A stretch of 64,000 nucleotides of DNA from positions 18,392 through 82,391 of the forward strand of contig JBGQGY010000002.1 in the NCBI GenBank assembly GCA_041497675.1, in the 5' to 3' direction. The notes under the pieces were generated by a model. The model did not search any database. It was not told where the DNA came from and saw nothing but the letters and a program-made list of their open reading frames with translations. Source of the DNA: a bacterium (GTDB lineage: Bacteria; Sysuimicrobiota; Sysuimicrobiia; Sysuimicrobiales; Humicultoraceae). Position numbers and translations under genes: made by a program. Below, piece by piece: positions 10,493-19,627 of the stretch. Numbering within the stretch: the first letter of the stretch is position 1; each line of letters opens with the position of its first letter.

Positions 10493-11188
10493 CTACTTAC
10501 GAGCATAGACGTTCACGTGCAGCGGAAACCGCGGATCGGCCCAATCCAGGTCGGCGCGCGAGGCGTCCTCGATCGCGTTGCGATTCGCAGCGCAAAACGC
10601 GGCGATCGGGTTCCCGTGAATCGAGATGCTCACTTCAGAGAACGGTGCCAGCAGCAGCCGGAGCGAGTCTTCGGTGAACCGCCAGTAGTCGCCGGGGAAC
10701 CCGTTGCGTGGAGCCGTGAGGCTGACACGGGGTACGGTCATCAACAGCAGACCGCCCGGCGTGAGTACGCGGTGGATCTCGGCAGCCGCAGCAAAGGGAT
10801 CGGGCACGAGGAGCAGCACCTGGGTACAGACGATGCAGTCGAAGCTCGCGTCGGTTACCTGCGGCATCTTCTGGACGTCGGCGACGATCGTGACGTGCTC
10901 ACCCGACGTCAGGCTCATGATATCGTACCGCTCGACGCGCGCCGGATCGAAGTACGCTTTGTAGTCGGGCCACCCGAACTCAAGGATGCGGCCCCGCACT
11001 TCGTGTGCATGGGAACGGATGAAGGTCCCGCTGTAGTACCGGTTGACCGGCGTCCCGTAGTCGAACCCCCGGCCCTGAGAAAGCGGGAGCACGCGGCAGC
11101 GGTAGAGCATCCTGAGCCACCGCACGGTGCATCGCGCGAGCAGGCGCCGGCCCCAATGCCACGCGGAAAGCCGCAGTTCCCGGGTCAC
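10493..11188 (-). CDS. Class I SAM-dependent methyltransferase of the glycan-associated type
   Basis: GFDYGTPVNRYY, ILEFG, FDCIVCTQVL, LTPGGLLLMTVP, DYWRFT; start uncertain. Confidence 0.85.
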   Translation of the reverse strand: MTRELRLSAWHWGRRLLARCTVRWLRMLYRCRVLPLSQGRGFDYGTPVNRYYSGTFIRSHAHEVRGRILEFGWPDYKAYFDPARVERYDIMSLTSGEHVTIVADVQKMPQVTDASFDCIVCTQVLLLVPDPFAAAAEIHRVLTPGGLLLMTVPRVSLTAPRNGFPGDYWRFTEDSLRLLLAPFSEVSISIHGNPIAAFCAANRNAIEDASRADLDWADPRFPLHVNVYARK

Positions 11189-11305
11189 GTAAGAACTGTT
11201 CCCAAGCCCGTTCGGCTCCAGGCCGCCGCGGCCGACCCCGCCGGGCAGGGTGTGACAGGGAGGGATGGATCTTTCGCGCAGAGAAGTCCGTTCTTATAGA
11301 GGGCA

Positions 11306-12496
11306 ATGCGAGGGGTGAACCTGCTCAGGCTGTGCCTGGCCGTCGCCCTGTGCGGCGGCCTTGTCGTCCCGCGCGCGGGCGCCGGACCGGGCGGTTTGCT
11401 CACCCCTGTCATTGTCTACGTGCCCGAGGAGTTCCATACCGGTGGCGCGTATACCGCGATCCAAGCCAGCGCGGATGGCCGGGTCTATATCGGGACGACA
11501 ATCTATGACGGGTACGCGCACTTGCTCGCGTTTTCTGCGGCCTCGGGGCGGTTCGAGAACCTGGTGAACGTCGGGGTGGTCACCGGCGAGCGCACCCCCG
11601 GACCGTACGCCCAGGCCAAGATCCATACGAAGCCGGCCATCGCGCCCGACGGCCGTGTCTACGTCGGCACCAAGTCCGGCAAGCCGGCCCGTGAAGCGCG
11701 CTGGCAAGAGAACTATCCCGGCGGCCATCTGCTCGTCTACGATCCGCGGGCCGGGACTACCACCGATCTCGGCATCATCAAACCAAAGGTCAGCATCATC
11801 GCCGTGGGGGTCGACCCCTCGCGCGGCATCGTGTATGCCCTCACCGATCCGGACAGCCATCTTGTGACCTATGATCCGCGAACCCGACAGTTTGTCGACC
11901 GCGGGCAGTTTGGACCGCCCGGGCAGGATCCGACGCGCTATCTGGTCGTGCTCGCCAACGGCGACGCCTTCCACCGGTGGGACACCAGCACCATGTCGAG
12001 ATTTGTGGCCTCGTCGGGATCGATCGAACGCGTGCCGCTGGTCGTCACGGGTGCGGGGACCTACGAAGCACCGTACGCGGTGGCCACGGCGCCCGACGGG
12101 CGCCGATTCCTCGGCGTCGGCAAGACATCGGGCCAGGCGTACGTGTTCGAGCCGAGGGAACGGGACATTGCCGTGCGAATCCTCGGGGCCGTCGCGCCGG
12201 ACGGGTACACGACGTCGGGCAGCCACTACACGATGACGGCGGCGCCAGACGGCGCGGTGTACTACACGGGGCAGTTTGGGCAGGACCTGTTCGTCGAACG
12301 CGTGCCGGCCGACCTTGGGAGACCCGTGCTCGTCGGCCGCGTTGCGCCCCTTGGGCCGCCGCCGGCGGGGTACTCGCGGCAGGTCGCCCGCGACTTGGTC
12401 GTGCAGGGATCGACGGCCACGCCGGACGGCACCCTGATCGTGATGACGGCGTATCCGCTGCGGCTGCTGCTCTTTAGGGGCCTGGCGCCACGGTGA
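11306..12496 (+). CDS. Secreted beta-propeller-like protein of unknown function
   Basis: Signal peptide (LCLAVALCGGLVVPRAGA); repeated xPDGRVYxGT / YDP blade motifs. Confidence 0.75.
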   Translation: MRGVNLLRLCLAVALCGGLVVPRAGAGPGGLLTPVIVYVPEEFHTGGAYTAIQASADGRVYIGTTIYDGYAHLLAFSAASGRFENLVNVGVVTGERTPGPYAQAKIHTKPAIAPDGRVYVGTKSGKPAREARWQENYPGGHLLVYDPRAGTTTDLGIIKPKVSIIAVGVDPSRGIVYALTDPDSHLVTYDPRTRQFVDRGQFGPPGQDPTRYLVVLANGDAFHRWDTSTMSRFVASSGSIERVPLVVTGAGTYEAPYAVATAPDGRRFLGVGKTSGQAYVFEPRERDIAVRILGAVAPDGYTTSGSHYTMTAAPDGAVYYTGQFGQDLFVERVPADLGRPVLVGRVAPLGPPPAGYSRQVARDLVVQGSTATPDGTLIVMTAYPLRLLLFRGLAPR

Positions 12497-13722
12497 GCGG
12501 GGTTCGCGCGCTCATCGCGGCGTTCCTACTGGCGGGGGCGCTCTTCAGCGCTCCCGCGATCGTTCCGGACGCGCGCGCCGCGGCGCCATCGAAGCGGATC
12601 GCGTTCCTGATCGATTCGTGGTATCCAATCTCGCACGCCGACGTAATCGGCACGCGGTTCCTCGAGGGCTACCGGATGGGCGATCGGACGTATCCTTCCC
12701 CGGTCGGCGTCGCCTCGGTCCTCACGATTGCCCCGCGACCAACCGACCGCGGCAACGAACTCACCTCGCGCTATGGCATCCGTCTTGCGGGGTCGGTGGC
12801 CGAGGCGCTGCTCGACGATCCGCGGGCTGCGCAACCGAAGCTGGCCGTGGATGGCGTACTGCTCGCGGTACGCACCCCGCTGCCCGCGACAACTCCGGCG
12901 GAGCCCTCCGGACAGTTCCGGCTCTTCAGGGACACGATGACGGTCTTCGATCGCGCAGGCAGCCGCGTGCCGGTCTTCGTCGACAAGAACCTGGCCGCGA
13001 CGTGGCAGGAGAGTCAGACGATCATGACCGAGGGCGCAAAGCGGGGCGTGCCGTTGATGGCCGGGTCCGTCGTCCCATGGGTGCCCCTTGAGCCGTCGCT
13101 GCCGGTGGGACGCAAGCCGCTCGTGGCGGTCGCCGTGGCCGCGGCGCCGTACGACCTGTACGCCATCCACGTCGCCGATCTCTTGCAGGCAGTCGTCGAG
13201 ACGCGCGGCGCGAGGGAGACAGGGGTCGCGTGGGTGCGGGAGGTGGGTCGGGGCTTCTGGTCGATGCCGGACGGGAACCAGTGGGGGCGCGACGTCCTGG
13301 ACACGCTGTTGACCACCGCGCGGACGCGGCGGTCCTACGCGCCGAGGATTCCCGACGGACTGACAGACGACGTCTATGTGGTCTTAGTGCAGTATGTCGA
13401 TGGGATGAGGGGCGTTGTCGCGTTGATGACGCGCCAGTTCGATGACGCGGAGTTTCGCGTGGGGATCCGCTACGAGGGGCAGGTGGCGCCGTACATCGGT
13501 GGGCTGGTGCTCGGCGGGGCCCCGTACGATCACTTCGGCTATCTCGCTCACGCGCTCGTGCAATTCTACACGACCGGTAAGCCTGTCGCGCCGGCCGACC
13601 GGACGCTGCTGAGTACGGGGATCAGCCTGATGGGCATGCAGTCACGCCAAACGGGAGGGCAAACGATCTCGTCCCCAACGCTTGGCGTGAGCTACGCGGT
13701 GTTCAATACGTTTAGCCGCTAG
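12493..13722 (+). CDS. Secreted hypothetical protein, possibly Gfo/Idh/MocA-like fold
   Basis: Signal peptide ending ARA-AA; SHADVIG, VDGVLL, PVFVDKNLA, PLMAGS motifs; GTGA-coupled to the upstream gene. Confidence 0.65.
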   Translation: MSGVRALIAAFLLAGALFSAPAIVPDARAAAPSKRIAFLIDSWYPISHADVIGTRFLEGYRMGDRTYPSPVGVASVLTIAPRPTDRGNELTSRYGIRLAGSVAEALLDDPRAAQPKLAVDGVLLAVRTPLPATTPAEPSGQFRLFRDTMTVFDRAGSRVPVFVDKNLAATWQESQTIMTEGAKRGVPLMAGSVVPWVPLEPSLPVGRKPLVAVAVAAAPYDLYAIHVADLLQAVVETRGARETGVAWVREVGRGFWSMPDGNQWGRDVLDTLLTTARTRRSYAPRIPDGLTDDVYVVLVQYVDGMRGVVALMTRQFDDAEFRVGIRYEGQVAPYIGGLVLGGAPYDHFGYLAHALVQFYTTGKPVAPADRTLLSTGISLMGMQSRQTGGQTISSPTLGVSYAVFNTFSR

Positions 13723-13736
13723 CCGGCCACCTTCGC

Positions 13737-15392
13737 TTACTTCGCCAGCGCGTACAAGTGGTAGTGCTCGTCCGCGTATTCGGTCTTCCAACCGGCGCAG
13801 CCCTCGAGCCCGCCGCCTCTCAGGATGACGTGGGTGACCCCGTACCCGGAGGATAGCTCCTTGAGGAGGCGGCAACGCTCTTCCGGGGAGGGCTGGACGG
13901 GTGTCGGAGCCGGGGCCTGCCGTGGCGCGCGGCCGGTCCGACGGCCTTCGCGCTGGTAGCGGAAGTCATCCTCCGCGTTCGCCTCGACCTCACCGTAGAA
14001 CGCCTGCGCCAGGTGCAACCGCTTGTACCATTCCATCACCCCGACGTCATCGTAAGGGATGACCGAATGTTCCATAAAAGCCGGGGCACCAGTATAGAGC
14101 CGAAACGTGCGCCAGTTCGGCGGAATGAGATAAGTTTGACCAGGCACTCCCGTGCGTTTGACGTGCCGCATGACGGTGGGTATCCGCCTCGCGTCCAGGG
14201 CAAACCGCGCTCTGGTCTCAAGCACTCCGGCGATGCAGAACAATACCAGGACGCCCACGCTCGCCACAACGAGGGCCTGCCCCGCAGCCGCGCCGGTTTC
14301 GAGCCGGCTGACCACGAGGGACACGGCGTATCCGAGGATGATCAGGGTCGCGAGCGGCACGGTGAAGGCCGACATCCGCCAGGGAAGGAGTGCGGCGAGC
14401 GTGTTGTTGTATCGGACGGCCTGCGCCGCCGTCAGCACCGCCGTGGTGAGAAACGACCCCAGGAGAATCCAGAAAAAATCGGTCTTCCGAACAAGATAGA
14501 GGGCAGCCACGATCAGCGCGACCTTGATGTAGACCGCCCCACCCAGCCATAGCGACGGCACCGAGGGCGGATAGTACGCGACCCGCCAGAGGATATTCTG
14601 CGCTTCCTTCCAGAGCGCGGGATTCGTCGGGCCGAACGCCAGATAGGAATACGCCAGCACCGGCAGGATGAGCACGAACGCCAGGAGACCCAACCCGATT
14701 GCCGGCCGTACTCCCTTCCCGCGCCGGATCATGATGGCCATGTAGGTGAGTGTGAGCACTGCCGAGCAGAGGACGTAACTGGGTTGGAATATCGATGCGA
14801 TCGTAGACGTCGTGATGGCCCATACCGGCCGGCCGCGCATGAACAGGTAGATCGAGAGCAACAGAAACGCCCCAAAGGTGCCCGGGTTCAGCATGTCCCC
14901 CAGGATGCGTTTCTCGCCGATGCCCTCCAGCAACAGGATCCGGCCGATGTTGAAGTGGTGCGGTGACGAGGTGAGCGGCAGGCGAAGGCCCATGCGGACG
15001 AGGTAGCCAAATACCGGCGAGTGGAGCGCGACCATCAGGGTCACAAAGATGAGAAACGTCGCGCGCGTGCGGTGGATGGGAACGAGCTGCGAGATGATAC
15101 CAATCATAGAGAACGCGTAGACGCCAGCCAGCACGAGGAAGTACAGATACACGAGGCGCAGACTCAGATATCGCTGCGTAAATTCGACCAGCCCGGAGAA
15201 CACGGGCCACGGATCCGGCGTCTGAGCGAACCAGTCGGCGCGCAGCAGGCCATAACCCGCCTTGGCCAACCCCTGGAAGAAGTATTGATTCTGCGTGTGA
15301 TAAAAGAGCGCGTACTGCGCATAGGCGACGGCGAACGCCGCCGCCGCAAAGAGCACATACGACCGGGGCACCGGCCGTGACACGTCGACCAT
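13737..15392 (-). CDS. Polytopic membrane protein, GT-C/DUF6798-like (copy 1)
   Basis: More than 10 TM segments; YHTQNQYF...DWFAQTPDP loop, PWR motif, FRLYTGAPAF...WYKR tail shared with 23319..24956. Confidence 0.7.
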   Translation of the reverse strand: MVDVSRPVPRSYVLFAAAAFAVAYAQYALFYHTQNQYFFQGLAKAGYGLLRADWFAQTPDPWPVFSGLVEFTQRYLSLRLVYLYFLVLAGVYAFSMIGIISQLVPIHRTRATFLIFVTLMVALHSPVFGYLVRMGLRLPLTSSPHHFNIGRILLLEGIGEKRILGDMLNPGTFGAFLLLSIYLFMRGRPVWAITTSTIASIFQPSYVLCSAVLTLTYMAIMIRRGKGVRPAIGLGLLAFVLILPVLAYSYLAFGPTNPALWKEAQNILWRVAYYPPSVPSLWLGGAVYIKVALIVAALYLVRKTDFFWILLGSFLTTAVLTAAQAVRYNNTLAALLPWRMSAFTVPLATLIILGYAVSLVVSRLETGAAAGQALVVASVGVLVLFCIAGVLETRARFALDARRIPTVMRHVKRTGVPGQTYLIPPNWRTFRLYTGAPAFMEHSVIPYDDVGVMEWYKRLHLAQAFYGEVEANAEDDFRYQREGRRTGRAPRQAPAPTPVQPSPEERCRLLKELSSGYGVTHVILRGGGLEGCAGWKTEYADEHYHLYALAK

Positions 15393-15412
15393 GAGATCCT
15401 CCTGGCGCGCTG

Positions 15413-16726
15413 TTAGAACGTGATCTCTTGCAGTTCGCGGAAGCGGCCCGAACGTAATGGTTGCCCGTCACTTGCCTGCGCGAGCTCGCTGAAGTTGTCG
15501 CTCCTGGTGGTCACGACGGACACCACGTACATCAGTTCCTGCTCTATCTGACTCTGGAACTGCACCGCCAGCCTGGCCAAGTCGCTGGCATCGCCGACAC
15601 CCTGATAGCGTGGCAGCGCGAGCGAACGGGACACCTCCAGGCGACCCAAGAAGTGACTGGCATATATCGCCTGGTTTCGCGCCGTCTGGCGGGGATTCTT
15701 GAACGACCGGTCGATGGCCCACGTGGCCATGAATGCCGAGTACATGCCCAGTACGACTCCAATCGAGAATATCGGGTCGACAAATGCGGCCGCGTCGCCC
15801 GTCAGAAAGAACCCAGGGCCCGAGAGCTGCGCGGGACGATAGGAGTAATCGCGGATCATACGCGTGCTGCCCTCACAGAAGGTCGCGTGCTCGAGCAGCC
15901 GGTCAAGATACTGTGTCTCATAGCACTTACGCAAGAAGTATTCCTCGAGCCCCTTGTCTGTGGCCTTGATACGCTTCAGGTGGTCGATCGGCACCACCAG
16001 ACCGACACTCGTGCTCTCGCGCAGAGGGATATGCCACGACCACCCCCACTCACCCAATTCCCCGACGGATGAGATAAATGTTGTGGGTGGGATCTGGCGG
16101 ACGTGTTCGAACCCGTGCGCGCGACCGCCCGCGGCGACGTACTTCGATCCGGTGAAATACCCCCACACGCTCATGAAGCGAAACCCCTCGTCGATCACAC
16201 GCATGCCGAGCTGTTTGGCGATGACGGCCCCCTGTCCGCTGGCATCGATCACGAATCGGCAGGCGATCCTGTCCGTTGCCTCGTCATCGGCCGCGCGGTA
16301 CGCGACCGTGACGCGCTCGCCCCCGTTGAGGTCGACTTTGGTCGCCGACACGTCCTCAAACACCTGCGCGCCCTGTTCGCGGCTGTGCTCCAGCAGGATC
16401 TGGTCGAACCGATCACGCTCGACGTGCAGGGCCGGTCGCGTGTAGCCGAAGTCGGCGAAAGCGAGCTGTCGAATCACCCCGTGCCAAGCGTGCGTCCCAC
16501 CGGCTTTCTTGATGAAGTCTTCTTCCTCAATTTTCTTCGTCGCGCCGAGCATGTCCGTATACTTCCAAAAGTGCGGGATGAGGCTCTCGCCGACGACATA
16601 GCGAGGGTGCCGGCGCTTCTCCAGCAGCACAACATCGTACCCCTTTTGCCGCAGCAGCGTTGCCGCTGTGCTGCCGGCCGGCCCGCCGCCAATAACAACA
16701 ACGTCGCACTCTCGCGGTATGCGCAT
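15413..16726 (-). CDS. Flavin-dependent halogenase (PltA-like, carrier-protein type)
   Basis: GGGPAG, VGESL, FIKKAGG (candidate catalytic Lys), VERDRFD, GWSWHIP (WxWxIP), GDAAAFVDPIFSIGV. Confidence 0.85.
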   Translation of the reverse strand: MRIPRECDVVVIGGGPAGSTAATLLRQKGYDVVLLEKRRHPRYVVGESLIPHFWKYTDMLGATKKIEEEDFIKKAGGTHAWHGVIRQLAFADFGYTRPALHVERDRFDQILLEHSREQGAQVFEDVSATKVDLNGGERVTVAYRAADDEATDRIACRFVIDASGQGAVIAKQLGMRVIDEGFRFMSVWGYFTGSKYVAAGGRAHGFEHVRQIPPTTFISSVGELGEWGWSWHIPLRESTSVGLVVPIDHLKRIKATDKGLEEYFLRKCYETQYLDRLLEHATFCEGSTRMIRDYSYRPAQLSGPGFFLTGDAAAFVDPIFSIGVVLGMYSAFMATWAIDRSFKNPRQTARNQAIYASHFLGRLEVSRSLALPRYQGVGDASDLARLAVQFQSQIEQELMYVVSVVTTRSDNFSELAQASDGQPLRSGRFRELQEITF

Positions 16727-16771
16727 TGGGAACCCTCTCGGATTCGTGACGACTGACGTTGACCTTTGCTC

Positions 16772-17725
16772 TTAGTCTTTGATTGAGGACTGAACCCACT
16801 TGATGGTGAGGTCGAGGACGTTGTCTTGCACGTCGAGGCTGGTGAGATTGTTCGGCATGCCCTCGATGGGCGCCAGGGTAATCCGGTCACCGGCCTGATC
16901 GAACAGCTCGCGATATGTTCCGGTCTGGAGCTGCACGAAATCCCGATACATCGATGACCCGCGGCCGTAGACGAACATCACCGGCACGCCGCGGGACACC
17001 AAAGCACGGAGCGAGTCAACCACCGACTTCGAGAGCCACTCGGTTTCCGCGCCACCGTTTCTCCGACGCCTGAACAGTTGGCCCGCCGCGAGGTGGAGTT
17101 TTCGCATCCACCGTTGGCGGCGGCGCGGGTCGCGCATCCCCCGCAGGATCCGCGTCCAGGCGCCGTGCCGCGCGGCATTCCGCACGTCGTCCAACGCCCA
17201 CCGGTTCACGGCCTGCTCGGTCTGGCCGCGCTCGTGGAGAGGCGGTGAGATCAACGCCACGCCGAGAAGGTTGCGGGCGTGCTGAACGCCCAGCAGCGCG
17301 GTCCGAGCCCCGAAGCACCGGCCGATCAGGACGACCTTGTCGAGCCCGCGCCGGTGAAGTTCCTCGATTGCCCCATGCAGGTCCTGACCGAATGGCTCTT
17401 CGTTTGTCGCGAGCGTGATCACGGCGTGCTTGAGCGCGCTCCCACTCGAGGGCCCGCTGCTTTCACCGAACCCGCGATAGTCAAAACGTAGCACGTGGAA
17501 TCCCAGCGCGGCGAGGCGCCGGGCCAGACGTGGTTGAACGCGGTTTCGGTCCGACGTCGCGTTGAGCAGCACAACACCGATCCCACGAGGGGGCCCCAGG
17601 GGCTCCGTCAAGATCCCAAAGGCCCGGTCATCTGCCACCGGAAACCGCACGGGGATCTCCGTGCGGCTGATCGCTTCGGCCTCAATCAACTGATCGTGCG
17701 GTGTTGCCGTGCTCGCGTTCGCCAT
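16772..17725 (-). CDS. Alpha/beta-hydrolase-fold protein with Cys nucleophile elbow
   Basis: LRFDYRGFGESSG; elbow IGRCFGA (GxCxG); resembles exosortase-associated 'hydrolase 1' type. Confidence 0.75.
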   Translation of the reverse strand: MANASTATPHDQLIEAEAISRTEIPVRFPVADDRAFGILTEPLGPPRGIGVVLLNATSDRNRVQPRLARRLAALGFHVLRFDYRGFGESSGPSSGSALKHAVITLATNEEPFGQDLHGAIEELHRRGLDKVVLIGRCFGARTALLGVQHARNLLGVALISPPLHERGQTEQAVNRWALDDVRNAARHGAWTRILRGMRDPRRRQRWMRKLHLAAGQLFRRRRNGGAETEWLSKSVVDSLRALVSRGVPVMFVYGRGSSMYRDFVQLQTGTYRELFDQAGDRITLAPIEGMPNNLTSLDVQDNVLDLTIKWVQSSIKD

Positions 17726-17752
17726 GATGCAGACCCCTCAAGAGTAGAATGC

Positions 17753-19276
17753 TTACGCCTGCTCCGCCGCACGCCGCCTCGGACTTCGCCGGCCGGGGAC
17801 CACTTCGCGGATTGCGCGGACCAACCCGCGAATAACCTGCGGGTCGATCAGCCACAGCGCGGCGGCGTAGGTCACGGCTCCGGCCGCAATCAGGATGATC
17901 AACACGACGACTTCGGGCAAGTGGGCATGGCCCTCAAGCACCCACATCAGCGTGGCCACAACGGCGGCCATGATCGTGCATCCGATGACCGTCGCGTTCA
18001 GGGCGGCCCACACATCCCTAACGGTCATGCCGATCGCCTGGGACACGTAGCGATAGACGATCGGCATCAACGCGATGGTGGCGACCAGATAGCCTGCGGC
18101 GACGCCGATGATTCCCCAATGGAGCCCGACGACGAACGCCGGCAGGTAGAGGCCGACGGAAAACATGGACAGACGCAGGCGCAGACCCGGCTTGCCGGTG
18201 GCCTCCAGCCCTGTCGGCCAGAACGTCGTCAGCAGGCGCAGGAACCCGGCGATGGTCAGCACCCGGATGACCGGCACAGCCGGCAGCCACTTCGCGCTAA
18301 ACACCACACTCACGGCCAGCGGGGCGACGAGGGCCAGACCGACCAGCATCGGCAACGTCACCATCGTCACATACTGGGTGGCGCGCATGAAAGCGTTTTT
18401 GAAACGCACCGCGTCGTCCTGTAGCCTGGACAGGGCTGGGAAGAACACCCGGTTGAGCAACCCGATGTCGTTGAGCGGCGCCAGAAAGACGGAATAGCCA
18501 AACGTGTAGTAGCCCAACGCCGTCGCCCCCAGATACCGGCCGACGAGCAAGTTGTCCATTTGCCGCACGAAGTAGTCGAACAGGGACGCCCCCTGCAGCC
18601 GGCCGCCAAAGGACCAGAGTTCAAGAAACTTCGAACGGACAAACACGAACCGCGGCCTCCAGCCGGTAGCGCGCCAGAGCAGAAGGGTCCCGGAGGCGTA
18701 CATCGTGAGCTCCTGACCGACGAAGCTCCACACGCCCATACCGCGGTACGCCATCGAGATCCCGACCACACCGCCGACCAGCGTCGCCGCCATCGAGCGA
18801 AAGGCCAGCAACCGGTAGTCCATGCGCCGGGACACGATGGCCATCTGCATGGATGCGCCCGAGATGATCAAGAAACTCAGGGACAGCACCGACAGCACGC
18901 GACCGACCAGCGGATCGCCAAGCCAGCGCCCGACGAGGATGCCTGCGAGGGCGCCGAACGCCGCAAGGATGACGCCGAGCGTCACGCTTGCCCAGAAGCC
19001 TGTGGACAGATACTCGTCGTCGATCTCCCGGCGCTGAATGATTGCTGAACCCATCCCCATGCTCCCGATGATGCGGAGGAACGTGAGGAAGACCGCGGCC
19101 AGCGCAAAGACGCCGTAGTCCTTTGGGAGCAACAGGCGCGCCAGGACGACCGCAAAGATCTGGTCAACGACCCGGCGCCCGAATTGATCACCGCCGAACC
19201 ACAGGATCCCACGCATTGTCGCCGCGCGAAGCCGATGCAACGGCACGCCGGCGGCGGTGGTTATCTGTTCAGACAT
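17753..19276 (-). CDS. wzx: Wzx-type (MOP/PST) flippase, copy 1
   Basis: LARLLLPKDYG, AIIQRR, DNLLVGRYLGATALGYY, FFPALSRLQ; about 12-14 TM. Confidence 0.9.
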   Translation of the reverse strand: MSEQITTAAGVPLHRLRAATMRGILWFGGDQFGRRVVDQIFAVVLARLLLPKDYGVFALAAVFLTFLRIIGSMGMGSAIIQRREIDDEYLSTGFWASVTLGVILAAFGALAGILVGRWLGDPLVGRVLSVLSLSFLIISGASMQMAIVSRRMDYRLLAFRSMAATLVGGVVGISMAYRGMGVWSFVGQELTMYASGTLLLWRATGWRPRFVFVRSKFLELWSFGGRLQGASLFDYFVRQMDNLLVGRYLGATALGYYTFGYSVFLAPLNDIGLLNRVFFPALSRLQDDAVRFKNAFMRATQYVTMVTLPMLVGLALVAPLAVSVVFSAKWLPAVPVIRVLTIAGFLRLLTTFWPTGLEATGKPGLRLRLSMFSVGLYLPAFVVGLHWGIIGVAAGYLVATIALMPIVYRYVSQAIGMTVRDVWAALNATVIGCTIMAAVVATLMWVLEGHAHLPEVVVLIILIAAGAVTYAAALWLIDPQVIRGLVRAIREVVPGRRSPRRRAAEQA

Positions 19277-19307
19277 TGGTGTAGGTTCTGTCCGGCTGGG
19301 AGCTCAA

Positions 19308-19574
19308 TCAGGCGCCCGCGCGGCCGCGGTCGAGCATCTTCTTGTCGACCAGGCTCGCAATCGACGCAATCGTGCCAAAATTCGCCGGAACGAGTTCCTC
19401 GTCGGCTAGCTCGATCCCAAATTGCTGTTCCACGAAGGACACGAGCATCAGCAGACCCATGGAGTCGACCACGTGATTCTCGATCAACCCAAATTCGGGC
19501 GTCAACGCGCCCTTTGTCTCATCCCAGTGCAGTTCACTCAAGAGAAAGTTTCTCACCGTCACGGCTGTTGTCAC
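19308..19574 (-). CDS. Stand-alone peptidyl/acyl carrier protein (PltL/RedO/CloN5-like)
   Basis: 88 aa; VVDSMG phosphopantetheine Ser, EQQFGIEL, ELVPANFGTIASI; strong AAGGAGG SD. Confidence 0.9.
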   Translation of the reverse strand: MTTAVTVRNFLLSELHWDETKGALTPEFGLIENHVVDSMGLLMLVSFVEQQFGIELADEELVPANFGTIASIASLVDKKMLDRGRAGA

Positions 19575-19627
19575 CTAGCTGTCCTCCTTCTGGAAACCCG
19601 GCTTTTTGTGGTTCACCAGCCCGCACA

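Noticed and set aside
19575..19627. Possible hairpin between the A-domain and carrier-protein genes
   Set aside because: The stem is short and mismatched; not distinguishable from chance in GC-rich DNA.
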